From a bacterium (GTDB lineage Bacteria > Patescibacteriota > Patescibacteriia > Veblenbacterales > UBA10138), in the NCBI GenBank assembly GCA_020057885.1, contig JAGVEX010000019.1, positions 84,045 through 148,044 on the forward strand: a DNA stretch of 64,000 bases, in the 5' to 3' direction. The notes under the pieces are model-generated. The model had not been told where the DNA came from. It worked only from the letters and a program-made list of their open reading frames with translations, and made no database searches. Positions 47,830 to 60,100 of the stretch are shown here, piece after piece. Positions within the stretch are counted from its first letter, which is position 1. Every line of letters begins with the position of its first letter. The translations under genes were made by a program, and so were the position numbers.

Positions 47830-50052
47830 CTAAAATCTTATCTTCTGATTAAAATCTATTATGGCGTTGAATTCGGCTTCGGAAAGTGTTTGTTCGCCTT
47901 GTGTTTGCAAACTAGCCACTATTTCAACAATTGATTTTTCTTGTTCAATGCTAGCTCGGCCTAGTTTTAAATAGAGTTGGTACACAGGCGAAGCTTGCCA
48001 AGAACGCACTGCTTCCACCCGCCGCGATACTGAAGTTTCGCCAATCAAATCTATTTTGGCTCGAACTTTATTCAAAGCCTCCACGGGCGATGAATCAAGC
48101 CTCCTAAAATCAACTAGGTTCAAACTTTTTAACTCTTCCAGTGGACCTAAGGTTCGTGGTGGCGCTTTAATATCTGTTAATTGTGGCCTAATGTTGTTAG
48201 TTGCTCCTAATTCTTGTCCACTTGTTCCTAATTTGGGTGGTGATGGGGGCTGTGCCCCGTGATCAACTACAGTTGATTTTACGGGGGGTGGGGGGGCGGC
48301 TTTGGAAATTTCTTTTAACAATTCCTCCCGCCAATTTTTAAATTTATCCTCACTAAGCGGCTTGTCTTCAATTTTAGTTGCTTGGGCAGCTACCCTAATA
48401 TCTGAACTCTGAATTTCTTTAGGATTTAGCCTGCCTGCGACTCGATTGAGCTCGCCGAAATCCGGTAGGTAGGGATTTTCGGATTTAGGATTTAATTCAC
48501 CAATCTTATCACTCTTGGGTAAAACCACTTGGGGGCCAGTGACCGGTGATGGAGGGCTAACAACTATTGGCTTATCTTCCCCCATTAATTTATCCAACTC
48601 GCTTTGCATTTTTTCCTGTTCTGTTTGTGGCTTACTATTTACCACTGGTGCAGGTTCTTGCTTCGTGATTCTTACTTCGTGATTCTTACTTCGTGATTCA
48701 AACTCACTTTTAGCATCTTCAATAATTTTTATAACTTGTTCTGTTTTATCAACCGGCAAACCTAAACCGCCCGAAGTTACTGGTTTTAATAATGTTTCGC
48801 GCACTTCCACCACATTGCGCACATCTTTTAAGTGTGATACAAACAAATTTATAAACCTGCGCTTGCCAACTTCGTCCTTAAAACTAAAATTATGTTTTTT
48901 AATTGTTTCATCGGCGAGCACTCTTAATTTTTCTTCTAATGTATTCATGATTCGTAATTCAGTATTCGGTATTCTTAATTTATCAACTTCTTTCTCATCT
49001 TCCAAGTTAAAAAAGAATGCCGGTTCAGTAGTTTTTAAGGCTTGAGGAACAAGTTGATTTGTTATTGGTGATACTAATTCTTCTGTCTGTACTCGTGCTT
49101 TGTAATCAGATGCAGTTAATTTTGTGGAGACTGGTCCTGAAGCAGACATTTTAACCACTGCTGGCGCTAACCGAACTGAAATTGGTAGCTCTGCCACCTC
49201 AGTTGCTATTGGTACAGGGACTATTCCAAATGATTGCTGGATAGTTATCGTATTATTTTTCTGTAAATCAATTTTACTTGCCTCTTTATTATTTAAAATA
49301 CTGTTTACTTTAGCGAAAATATCCTTAATACTATTTTCATTATATTCCTCAAACCAACCACCTTTCACCCAACCAGATTTAGCCCCGTCTATCGGAATAC
49401 TTTCCTCTAACCCCTCTAATTCAGTTGATAACAAATGGCAATGTTCATAAACATTTATCAAGTCTCTAAATTTGTCACGCGAGGCAGGTGACAACACCCT
49501 TAATAATTGCGATGAGGAAAAATACTGTTCTTGTTGATATTTATCACTTCTTTTATTGGCCGTAAATACTAAAAAATCTTTTAAAAAGCCGCCAACGGTT
49601 AGGTTGTTTTCTTTCCAATCTGGTAATCTTATTTTTTCTTGATTATTTAACAAAACGTCTATGATTTGTTTTTTTAATTTATTTCTATCTTCATAAACTA
49701 ATATACTTAATAAAGCGCTTTTAAATTTATTATTCAGTTTAAAATCTTCTATCTGCCACGCATCATTAATATGATAATGAAATTGTTCAACAATCTCACT
49801 TTCGTTTAACAATGATAATCCTACCCACTTGCAATGAGCGATGATCTTTTGATAATTACTATATAATTGACCAAACTTCGAATCAATTTTACTCTCTTTT
49901 AAACCAAACTCTAAAGATCTCGCTAATTTATAAGCAGACTCATAATCATCATACTTTTCTATATCACTCAAGCTAGTCAACATCTCCTGATAAACTACAA
50001 GCGATGTTAATGGATATTGTTCAATTAATTGTTTTATACTTGCCATAGACAA
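47830..50052 (-). CDS. Hypothetical cytoplasmic protein (740 aa) of the type IV secretion-like cluster, with a Pro/Lys-rich low-complexity C-terminal third
   Basis: No transmembrane helix or signal peptide. Heptad-type DNA repeats are embedded in the coding sequence at 48660-48700 and 48945-48980. Confidence 0.45.
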   Translation of the reverse strand: MSMASIKQLIEQYPLTSLVVYQEMLTSLSDIEKYDDYESAYKLARSLEFGLKESKIDSKFGQLYSNYQKIIAHCKWVGLSLLNESEIVEQFHYHINDAWQIEDFKLNNKFKSALLSILVYEDRNKLKKQIIDVLLNNQEKIRLPDWKENNLTVGGFLKDFLVFTANKRSDKYQQEQYFSSSQLLRVLSPASRDKFRDLINVYEHCHLLSTELEGLEESIPIDGAKSGWVKGGWFEEYNENSIKDIFAKVNSILNNKEASKIDLQKNNTITIQQSFGIVPVPIATEVAELPISVRLAPAVVKMSASGPVSTKLTASDYKARVQTEELVSPITNQLVPQALKTTEPAFFFNLEDEKEVDKLRIPNTELRIMNTLEEKLRVLADETIKKHNFSFKDEVGKRRFINLFVSHLKDVRNVVEVRETLLKPVTSGGLGLPVDKTEQVIKIIEDAKSEFESRSKNHEVRITKQEPAPVVNSKPQTEQEKMQSELDKLMGEDKPIVVSPPSPVTGPQVVLPKSDKIGELNPKSENPYLPDFGELNRVAGRLNPKEIQSSDIRVAAQATKIEDKPLSEDKFKNWREELLKEISKAAPPPPVKSTVVDHGAQPPSPPKLGTSGQELGATNNIRPQLTDIKAPPRTLGPLEELKSLNLVDFRRLDSSPVEALNKVRAKIDLIGETSVSRRVEAVRSWQASPVYQLYLKLGRASIEQEKSIVEIVASLQTQGEQTLSEAEFNAIIDFNQKIRF

Positions 50053-53000
50053 TTACAAAGTTTTGGTTTTAACTTTAGCTTTATCTAAAACCTCGTCTGC
50101 ATTCATATAAGCCTCTTTAGCTGGAACACCTCCTTTTTTAGATGGTATAGAATTTATCTTTGCTAACAACGCTGGCATAAAACCACTTTCTTCTATTATC
50201 TTGCCCTCTTTGTCCTTTTTGCCATTCCAATCTTCTCTCATTCTATCTGCAGTTCGTTTCCTTTTTTCATATTCTTCTGGATCGGTCGCTTTGTATTTTT
50301 CTGCCCCCTCTTGAATACTTTGTGCCTCAAGTTCAATTTTTATACCAATTTGTTTTAGTACTTTCATGTTATCTTCGCTGTTCATATTTTCTAACATGTT
50401 GCCATTAGCCTCCCTCATATGTGTTTTAAGTTCGGAATAATGTTCCAGTATATAAGCAACGCCCATTTCGTTTAAAACCGCCTTACGGCCCTTGCTAAGA
50501 TCATTTGGATCTATTGGTTCTTCGTCCATCCAGGCACCACGATTAGATTGACGCCACACGGTCCTCATATCCCGTTTACCGATTTCAACATAACAACGCT
50601 GTTTTTGTGTCTCACGATCACGTTGTTTAAATAAACCATTATCCATTGATACGGCTTGACCAAATGTCCACCAACCCTTATCCTCTGCCACATTACTTAA
50701 ATCATTTTCTAGAGACAAATAAGATTGTTCTTTCATATGAAACTTGTGTCCCATAACCTCATTCATAAATTTATGTAAGCCATCAATGTTGGTTTTATAA
50801 CCTTGATCTTCTAAAATTTCATTTAAATGACCTACTTCGGTAGCTCTAGCCATAATAGCCTGTCCTAAAGCAGAATCACCCCTGTTAAGGGCATCGCGAA
50901 ATCTTGATTTTAATTCATCTTCATTAGTCGTGGTTATTTTCTTCTTTTCTTCATTTACATGCGCACGACCTGCCGCAGTAGCATAATAATTTTGTAATCG
51001 ATAACACCCCTCTCTTTCAATTTTCTTACCAACCTCTTCTGCTTGTCTACGCTTGTCTTTGCGCTCAGATAATGTAAGCTCTGGTGTTTCTAAACGATAC
51101 TGCAAGTTAGCACTTTCGTTGTTAAGTTCTAAAATTTTATTTTCTTTATCTTTCTTTTCATTGTTAGTAAGTTTGCTAAAGTCACTCATATCTTTTTTTC
51201 TTTTTTCCATTTCTTTAAGATTTTCCTTGGCTGTTGTTGTATCCTCTCCACGAGCTTCTTTGGCTGTTATATCTTTTTTTTCTTTATCAATTTCTATTTG
51301 AATCTCAGCTATAATTTTTCCACGTTGCTCTTTTTGGGCATTAGTAAGAGTATCTTTCCCTAATTCCTCAACCTCTCTTTTAATTACCTCTTGTCTTTTC
51401 TTTAACAATCCACTTCCTTCGTCGTTTAATATTTTCCTTTCTTCAGCAGTAAATTTATTTCTCATAACATCATCCATAATATCCTCTTCTTTTTCTCCGG
51501 CTGCTTTTCGTGTTACAATTTCGCTTTTTTGATCAATAACTTTTTTCTGCAAATCACTGTTTGCTAATACGCCTCCATTTAAAACATGTTTTATGGCTGT
51601 TTCTGACTTGCTTTCAGCTGAGGATTCTTTGTTTAATTTCTCTTGCCGACTCTGTAATCCTTCAGTCTTTTTGGCATTACTAAATATACCTCTAATTGTT
51701 TTGAGATATAAAAATCCTTGTAAATTATCTCCTATATCTTCCGAGCCTAAAGAAGCTGCTAGTCCTCGTACACCACCTTGGGCTATATTAGCCGCGGCGG
51801 CTTCATGAAGCTCGCCTTCTTCTTTGTGTTTTTTTGTTGCAAAACCTTCTTTTACATTTTTCCAAGCTTTAACAGGGTTTAATTCATACCCTTTAAGCCA
51901 CTTGAAGCCTGGCACTTTACCTGCCCCAGCTTTTCTAGCTGCCCAAGAATAAGTACTAAAGGGCGCCAAAGCGCTCTTTTTAGCCATCCATGATCCTCCT
52001 TTTTGAATCGCGCTCATCGCACTCCCGGCCAATTTTCCCCCCGCCACGCCGAGTTGCTGTGTCATCCATAAACCGCCCAAAAGCAACATAATGCTAACAA
52101 TAAAAGAAAGCAAAACTTCTGATTGACCAATACTAGTAATAGTCGCGGCGGGAAGTCCTGAAGTTCCTGTGCTAACTCCCGTAAGAGTGCTAGCTGTAGA
52201 TCCGCCCGACATCTGCATTACTGCCAAACTTAACCACAAAAAGAAAGCGAGAATAGGCCCGCTGGAAGCATATTTGCCAAAATAATCCCACCACTGCGAA
52301 GCATACTTTTTAGCATCTCCCGGAAAAGCCTGCAAAATATAAGCCGCGGGAGAAATAATTACCAAAAGCCACAGCATTACAATTCTAAGCGTAAACACCA
52401 CAATATAAACTCCAACTACAATAGTGGCAATGGTAATGGTAATAAGTGCCAAAGCCGCCGCAAAAAAGAAATCTGAACCCGTTGTAGTTACAGTTTGATT
52501 CGAACCTTTTTCCGCGAACTGAAACATATCCTTAATATGGAAACCATTTATAAAGTTGCCCGTAGCCGCATCCTTAAACCCGTTTACAAAAGTAAGCATT
52601 ACCACCTGCGCAAAATCAATAAAGAATCCGGCAATACCTTTGGAAAAATTAACCAGTACTGCCATAATAAGCAATTTGGAAAGTAGGTGTTTGTATTGAT
52701 ATTCCTCCACGCGGAATACTGTACCAAAAGAAATAGCCAACAATATTACAATAAAAAACATGTTTACCACATCCCTCATTACCACCCAACCTTTTACTAC
52801 TGCTGGCGCATCAATAAAACCGTTGTATTGCACAATTTCCACTAAAATACCTATCAAAGCATTGGCGATTGCTCCCACCCCTTGGGCTAAAAGTAACAAA
52901 AGTCCAGCTAAAAGGTTAATTACAGCATCAGAAACTATATTGGCATGCGCTGGTATTGGTAAAAGCAAGGCCAAAACAAAAATACCTAAAATACCCGCGG

Positions 53001-53061
53001 CCGTGGCGCGTGAATATTTAAGTTTGGATGAAAATATTTGTCTTAATTTACCACTAACCAT
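50053..53061 (-). CDS. VirB6/TrbL-like polytopic membrane protein with a roughly 600-aa K/E-rich coiled-coil C-terminal extension
   Basis: Signal or transmembrane start, at least 6 transmembrane helices in the first roughly 380 aa, then a long charged hydrophilic tail. 1002 aa. Confidence 0.45.
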   Translation of the reverse strand: MVSGKLRQIFSSKLKYSRATAAGILGIFVLALLLPIPAHANIVSDAVINLLAGLLLLLAQGVGAIANALIGILVEIVQYNGFIDAPAVVKGWVVMRDVVNMFFIVILLAISFGTVFRVEEYQYKHLLSKLLIMAVLVNFSKGIAGFFIDFAQVVMLTFVNGFKDAATGNFINGFHIKDMFQFAEKGSNQTVTTTGSDFFFAAALALITITIATIVVGVYIVVFTLRIVMLWLLVIISPAAYILQAFPGDAKKYASQWWDYFGKYASSGPILAFFLWLSLAVMQMSGGSTASTLTGVSTGTSGLPAATITSIGQSEVLLSFIVSIMLLLGGLWMTQQLGVAGGKLAGSAMSAIQKGGSWMAKKSALAPFSTYSWAARKAGAGKVPGFKWLKGYELNPVKAWKNVKEGFATKKHKEEGELHEAAAANIAQGGVRGLAASLGSEDIGDNLQGFLYLKTIRGIFSNAKKTEGLQSRQEKLNKESSAESKSETAIKHVLNGGVLANSDLQKKVIDQKSEIVTRKAAGEKEEDIMDDVMRNKFTAEERKILNDEGSGLLKKRQEVIKREVEELGKDTLTNAQKEQRGKIIAEIQIEIDKEKKDITAKEARGEDTTTAKENLKEMEKRKKDMSDFSKLTNNEKKDKENKILELNNESANLQYRLETPELTLSERKDKRRQAEEVGKKIEREGCYRLQNYYATAAGRAHVNEEKKKITTTNEDELKSRFRDALNRGDSALGQAIMARATEVGHLNEILEDQGYKTNIDGLHKFMNEVMGHKFHMKEQSYLSLENDLSNVAEDKGWWTFGQAVSMDNGLFKQRDRETQKQRCYVEIGKRDMRTVWRQSNRGAWMDEEPIDPNDLSKGRKAVLNEMGVAYILEHYSELKTHMREANGNMLENMNSEDNMKVLKQIGIKIELEAQSIQEGAEKYKATDPEEYEKRKRTADRMREDWNGKKDKEGKIIEESGFMPALLAKINSIPSKKGGVPAKEAYMNADEVLDKAKVKTKTL

Positions 53062-53291
53062 GGTAAAAATTAGTTTAAATAATATAAAATCAATAACTAA
53101 TACTATCTTATGTTATCTTACCACTAAATTAGGCAAATTAGTACTGTATTAGTACATTTATTATAACACAATTTTTAATTTCCAGCAACAATAATATAAT
53201 AACCCAATACTTACTTAAATTTTATTGGTCTTCACACCCTGCCTACTAATAAATAGAAAACGAAGCAGATAAAATATAACATCTTTCAATA

Positions 53292-53325
53292 TGCCAAAAA
53301 GTGTCCGGCCGGACACTTTTTGGCA
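53292..53325. repeat. GC-core palindrome P4 (34-bp perfect: 'tgccaaaaagtgtccggccggacactttttggca'), the left border of cassette 2
   Basis: Perfect palindrome with an A5 - GC hairpin - T5 layout. It is part of a roughly 45-bp direct repeat shared with 53973-54016. Confidence 0.6.
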
Positions 53326-53387
53326 CAATAGAGAAAGTGGTGCTAAAATATAATTATCAAAACTATTAAATATAACTCACTATTACT

Positions 53388-53939
53388 ATGACCAAAATTC
53401 CACCCCTCACTAAACTTCTACTTTATTGCCTGTTAAAAAGCGGGCAATCAATAATTGACTATGCCGTATTTATGCACGACCTTAGGCAATGGCGAGGATT
53501 ATATTCAATGGGTGGTAGTGCTCGTGTTAGTGAAATTAAAAAATTACAAAATATATCAAGCGCAAAAATCTGCCTGCGTAAGCTTAAAGAGGGTAAATTT
53601 ATCAAAGCGCGCAAAATTGGCAAAAAACTTATTATAGAACTTACAGACAAGGGGGTGGCTGCGACCTTAAGTGAACAATTGCGACAAGAAACTTTACTAC
53701 CGAGTGGCACTTACACGCTGGTGATTTTTGATATTCCAGAAACAGAGCGGGAGGCGCGGCGACATTTCCGCTGGCTACTGCGGCAAGGGGAATTTATTAA
53801 ACTGCAACAAAGTGTTTGGATAAGCAAGCATAATGTGCAAAATACAATTACCCAATTTGTAAAAAAATTAAAACTGGAAAAATGGGTTAATGTTGGTTTG
53901 GTAAGCAATTTGTTTACTGTGGCAAAAAATAATTTATAA
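53388..53939 (+). CDS. PaaX-like wHTH / Cas2-like-motif protein (cassette 2)
   Basis: 'YTLVIFDIPETEREARRHFRWLLRQGEFIKLQQSVWISK'. Same size and layout as ORF 40560..41108. Confidence 0.55.
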   Translation: MTKIPPLTKLLLYCLLKSGQSIIDYAVFMHDLRQWRGLYSMGGSARVSEIKKLQNISSAKICLRKLKEGKFIKARKIGKKLIIELTDKGVAATLSEQLRQETLLPSGTYTLVIFDIPETEREARRHFRWLLRQGEFIKLQQSVWISKHNVQNTITQFVKKLKLEKWVNVGLVSNLFTVAKNNL

Positions 53940-53978
53940 GGTCAATAAAATATCTACAACATACCTAAAATTATCAAT

Positions 53979-54014
53979 ATGCCAAAAAGTGTCCGGCCGG
54001 ACACTTTTTGGCAT
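53979..54014. repeat. GC-core palindrome P5 (36-bp perfect: 'atgccaaaaagtgtccggccggacactttttggcat'), the right border of cassette 2
   Basis: Perfect palindrome, a direct repeat of P4. Confidence 0.6.
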
Positions 54015-54093
54015 ATGATGATATTTACAGTATTTAATAATATTAATGACATTAATAATATTTAAACTAATTAATTATTTTCTCTCATCATCC

Positions 54094-54130
54094 CTAAACA
54101 AAACTACCCTTGTTTAACAAGGGTAGTTTG
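54094..54130 (-). terminator. Rho-independent terminator of the giant gene
   Basis: 13-bp stem 'aactacccttgtt' / 'aacaagggtagtt'. The minus strand continues 'ttttgttt'. It lies about 40 nt downstream of the stop at 54171. Confidence 0.55.
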
Positions 54131-54170
54131 CATTGCATCTTCCAATAATTGTATTGCTCTTTTGTATTGA

Positions 54171-57100
54171 TTATGGCTTAACTTTAATTATGCCATTAAA
54201 TTTAAGCCAACCACTGGCGGAAAGATTACTGCTGTTGCTGATACAGTCAGGAGTGCCCCACTTAGCACCGGTGGAACCCAAGCACCAATCCCAATTATCT
54301 TTTACCAAAACTGCTGGAGTAAATTCACAAGCGCCCTGATTAGCTCCTAAAGAATTTGGATTATAACTCAAACTTGAACTACTGCAAGTATAAACTTTAG
54401 TAAAACCAAAGTAACCAAGGCTGCCACTAGCTGTATCTTGCACACAAGCTTGTGAGGAATCACCAAAGTTATAGCGCGGATTAGCTACATCACCTTCTTT
54501 GCAAGCATTCAGTATACTACTGCACTGCGTGTCATTCGCGCAAAGTTTACCTAGATCGGCTAAGTTAGTGCACATTTTAGCTTTAACTGTTGCTGGTTCA
54601 CACATGTGCTTATGGTTCTTATATTTACCACTAGCGCCAGCTAAAACTGAACCATCACCCCAATTAACCCAAACATCGGTTAAGGGCATTTGCTCGCCAT
54701 TGGGATTATAAGCGTAGAATAAAGTGCTAATAGGAGCAGGCGAAGCCAGCACCACCTCGCCGTTATTAAAACTGCCGCCTGGAGTTTGCAAAGTAAAACC
54801 AGTATTACCCTCAATAGTGGATGTGCCGTTTAATTCAAACACTACTTGTTTAATTGAAGGGGCTAAGGGCACATTATAATAACATGGCGGATTGGTAGAG
54901 GGAGAACATAAAGAACCGGGCAGTCCGCTACTTGAATCAATATCTGGGAGCGCAGGGGAGGTAAAACGGGAAGTTGAAGTATTCCATGTTAAAACATCAA
55001 AAATTTTAGCAAATAATTGCTGCACTCTTACTATACCACTTGTACCCCAACCCAACCCTTGATAACCAGTGCAAGTGTCTCCACTATTGCAATCGTTATC
55101 AACCTGACACAGTTGAGTAGTTCTTACACCGCTTACACCGCCGACTTCGCAAACTTTGTTAAAATACCCCATACAAACAGGGGCGGACGAATCACCGCAA
55201 TCAGCCGACTTATTACATTGTTTCCCTATGGTCAATATACCGTTACTTTGGCCAGAAAGACAAATTCCATACCCTGTGCCACAACCATTTTCGCAGAAAA
55301 AGGATTGTGGGAAAGTTGAAAAATCACCACTGCTACTTGTAATATTAACACCGGGCTTATCGCTCATTATTAACATACTAGTGCCAGAGTCTACTGCTTG
55401 GCTAAGCTTGCCATAAGGACTGGGGTTACGGCTTTGGGTAAAGCCCAGCTCTGTTTTTGGCGCTACTTGATAAACAGTATTTCTGAGCACACGATCAGTC
55501 CAAACTTTATTGCTAGCGCTACTTGCCACTTGAACAGCTTCAGTGCAATATTCTCTTAAATAAGTTTCTCTACCATTTATCACAAAACTACCTGTACCAG
55601 GACTACCGTCAGAATATATCACATTATAACCTAAAAATTTATCATTACTATCAAACACAGCTTTAATAACAGCGTAATCAAAATTTGTGAGAGAATGTAT
55701 ATTCATAGCGACATCAAGATTATGTTGTGTACCATCTATCAAAGTATTAGGCGGTAGAATATTATTAGACGTTAATTTAGCACAACGGTCAGCAAGCTCA
55801 GTAAAATTAAAATCACATTGTTGGTTCATATCACATTTTACACCAGCACACCAATCATTACCTTTATTTAAATAGAATCTCCCATACTCCTCCTGTGAAT
55901 TAGTTGTAAGGGTGAAATTAGGGTTAATACCCCAGCCGCCAAAAAGTTGAAACGGCAGATAAATTGTTTCTATATCAGCTTTATAAAAATTTTCTTCACC
56001 AACCTCGGCTACACGTGAAAAAATAACTATATCCTCACCAGCGGCTTCTATTCTTTTATCTTTGTTATTACAAAAATAATTGGAACCGAGCTCGGAATTT
56101 TGTAGTGTAAAATCATTTGTGCAATATCTTACATCTTGAAACTCATAACAGCGCCAGTCGGCAGTATAATCAATATAAGCTACATTACAATTAGCGAGAG
56201 CTCCATTCGCGGCGTGATACGTATAATTCTCCCCCCGTGAGCCAACTTTGTTACCAATAGATTCACTGCAATAAAAAATCTCGCCGCCAGTATAGCCAGC
56301 CTCCGGAGCATAATTATAAACAGAAATTTCACCAGCCGCTGTATCGAGCGGCAGCCAAGTAAGACAGGCTTTGGCAGTACCGCTGTTAATAGAACGAGAG
56401 GTATCCTGCTCCAAACAATAACCTTTCATACCAATAAAACTGTTGTCAGTTTTAATTTTTGATTTAACCTCAACCGGTTGGTTAGTATTTGCATCAATAT
56501 CATTCTGAGTATAGAACATGGACTGCAGTTTGGTGGTATCAAAACCGTAATACAGTGTTTGCCCGCCGCTATAAATGGCCTTGCTGTAAGAGCACTCACA
56601 ATCTTCTCCGTTTTGGCAATTGTTCGCGTCTTTATAATCAGCGTCTTTATTTTTAGCTACGGCAATATAATTAGCAGTGCCCACAGGCAAACAGTTGCTA
56701 CCCTCGCAAGCTGGGGTCCAGTTTTTTACTACAACTGTGGGGAAAGGTGAATCCTTTTCTGGATAAGCACGACAAGCTTTAATAACAGTATTATTGTCAC
56801 TTAACAATTTTTTATCATCAAGTGGGCCTAAGCCAGTGGCACCCTTATCCTCATATTGACAAGTAGTAACAGTGTTACAAGGAGAAGCGCTACTGCCAAT
56901 TGGTAAATTACACTCATCGCCCGTGCCGCCACACCTTTTAACTTTATTATTTATATAAGTCAAACGGATATTGGTGGTAAGTGGATCAGTAGAATAATTT
57001 TTTTGCGTTAAAAGCTCAATAGAATATTTATCAGGAATAGAATAACCAGAATAATCCATACCGCTCCAATCGGTTGCGCGCGCTTGATAATTAGTTAAAG

Positions 57101-60100
57101 TTAAAGGCTGAGGGTCTTCGGGGGGGGTAAGCCAGTGACTGCATTTACTGACACCGCTACCACTGGTACCCCAAGCGTCACACTTACCTAAAGCATAACA
57201 AATTGAACTAGCCTTACTGCTGACAAAACGCGTGCTTTCGCTTTGGCAGGCCAACCATTCACCACACACACGATCACGACTAACTTTTAGAATAATATTC
57301 GCGTTGTTAGGCGGAGCGCTAATCGGCGCTATTAATTTATCGTTTTGTCCGGTGCTGGAAGCATAAGTGGCGGCGGCATTGCTAGTAAGCTGAGATGAGG
57401 ACAAATCAGTAAACAATAAGCAGCCCTCTTTTTTACTAACACCAGTACATTTTTTATCAAGCTTGCTATTATCCAAATAATAATAAGTTTGCTTGGTAAG
57501 TTCTGGGTCGTGGAAAGCTTTACAGCTTACTTGGTCAGCAGGACACAGATAAGCCAGTGGCACCTGCGACTCGCTCAACGAAAATTGATCTACATAAATA
57601 ACTTGATTGGTGCTGCAAGTTTCGGGTGTACAAATCATATTACCACTGCCCACAGGCTGTTCCACGCCGCCATTGGTAATAAGGCCTACGGAAAGCTGAG
57701 TAACGCCTGGATCAATTTTAATAAGCGCTTGTTTGTAAACCCATTTACCTTTTTCAGTACTAGTTATGATGTTATCGTAACCGGGTTCATAATCATAATG
57801 CGGCACAGCTTGTTGCGTTAATTGCCAACTGGTAAAATTACGATTTTGTGGTATGTCGGGAACATAAATATGAGCTGAAACTGTAAAATAACGCGGCGTA
57901 CTACTTGATTCAATTTTTACATCATTGCTCCAAATTCCAGCGTAAATTTTAGCGCCACTTTCTATTTCCAGCACATTTGAGCCCCAATATTGTCCAGCGA
58001 CTGATTCGTGAGCTGTGAAAATAGCTGACTCGGTTTCTTCACCACTAGGGCCATTAATATTCCAACCCGAAAAAGCGTCTGACAAATTAACAGTTACATT
58101 GTCATAGTAAGCCGTACCAGCAACGGCTGAACCGCCAGCTGAAGTATTTAATTGTAGGAGGCAAGTGCGCGTGGTTGGTTTAAAGCTTAGTTGCAATTTT
58201 TCCCACACACCCGCTTCTTCGGTGTAATCGGAAACATTAACTCCGCAACCTGAAATATTAAGCGTGCGCCTAATGCCTGTATCGGCTTTTACCCAAACGC
58301 GAGCAGTATAAGCTTGGCCAATTATTACATCAAAATTTTGTCGGACCGCATCATCACCGCCAGCAAACTCATCCTTAATGCTTTGTACTCCATTGTGGCT
58401 ATCGCGTATTAAATCTGATGAGAGGGATAAATTCCAATCAGTAGGAGATATGCTATACCAGTTAGCTGGCCAGACGGTAATATTTTCAAAATCACCATCA
58501 GCTATTAAATTATCGCCGACATCATTAACTTTTTCAAAACTTGGATTATCTAACAAATCACAAAGTTCGGTAGTGCCTTTTTTATACCAATCATAACCAC
58601 GCAAACTATCTAATTGTTTGTACTCGCACACTCCATTGCCCGGATCCTTAAAAAAATGGGTAACGGAATTGCTGTCGGTAAACTGTTCGCACTTATCTTG
58701 CGCGCGACTGCACAAAAGCGAGCCAGCTCCTGTGTCACCCAAAGTATCCGGATTTAACTTAACAAATTTATCACTCCAATCTTGCACGTTGCCCGAAGAA
58801 TCAAGTTTGGGCTCACCTACGCGCTGACAAGCCTTGGCCGAAGCAGCGCAGGATTTTTTGGCATCATAAACTCTGTATATTACTTGATCAGCTGGAATAT
58901 TTAAAGCCGGCGGATCGGGCAAAGTAACAACAGTAGATTTAGGTGAAGAAGAATTTTGCGTATTAACCAAAGCTTCACAGCCCACGGCTTCAACTTTGCA
59001 AATTTTACTAAAATCAGTAAGAGTAGTTTTTGTGCCTGCGCGATTGGTATAAGCCGCACAACGTAAGTCACTAGCTGTACAAGTAGAAGGCGTAACCCAA
59101 GTATCTTTGCGGACAAAGAAAGTATCACCTATTTCACGCAAGGATACATTATCAATATAAAATGACGCGGGACTGGATATTGTTAAGGCTAAACTAGCTG
59201 GAACATCGGCCGTAAGCTGAACTGGCCCTAAAGTATAAACTTGCCACTCGCCACTTATTGGCAAGCTCCCTAAGCTAGCAAGGGGGTTGGTATTTATACT
59301 GGCGCTAATAGTGCTAGTGGCCGCCGTACTCTTGATCCAAAAATTAAGGAAATAAAGTTTACTCTTGGCAACCTTGCCACTAATATCTTTAGTAATGGTG
59401 CTGTTGCCAGCGCCTGAATACAAGGAATGACCAAAAGCGGAAGTTGATTCATTGGAATTACTGCCAGGAGTAAAGCCGCCGGTGGGAGTAGTGTCGGTGC
59501 TGAAACCAGCTTCGTTGTCACCAAAAGTAGTTATAGGAAACACTAAGCGTATATTATCGGCAGTAGGACCACGGTATTCTCGGCAACCAACATATTGAGC
59601 GCTACAAATTACACCCTCTTGTGGAATGGCATTATAAAAACAAGCAGGTGGAACAGCGGAGGCATCCCAAGTACCACCACTAGCCTCACAATCATTTTGA
59701 TTTATAGAAGTGGCGCGATAATTAGCGCAAGAGGCGGAAGCTGTAATTGTCTTAGACCAATAACGATAGTGAATTCCACCTGTTGTATCATAAAATTGTT
59801 TGCAATCTGGGTTCGAAGGAAAATCTGTTGGGGGAGTAATACCATTACCACATTCCGATCCTATGTTAGAATTATCTGTAGTAGTAGGCGCCGAATTGGG
59901 CATAGTAGGATCCTCCGCTTTTAACTGCCAAGTTTTAAGCTGATAACCAGATAAATTAGACCCTACCCAAGTGTAGTAAATATGATCTTCACCGGTATCT
60001 AATTTGATACACTGCCTAAGTTCGGCATAATACTCTTTGGCCTCATTCTGAACATTGGTAAATTCCTCACAACCAACCGCTTGAGCAACACAAGATTTAG

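Noticed and set aside
54133-54339. 68-aa plus-strand ORF at the giant-gene 3' end
   Set aside because: It overlaps the terminator hairpin and the giant gene's last codons in antisense. It is not coding.
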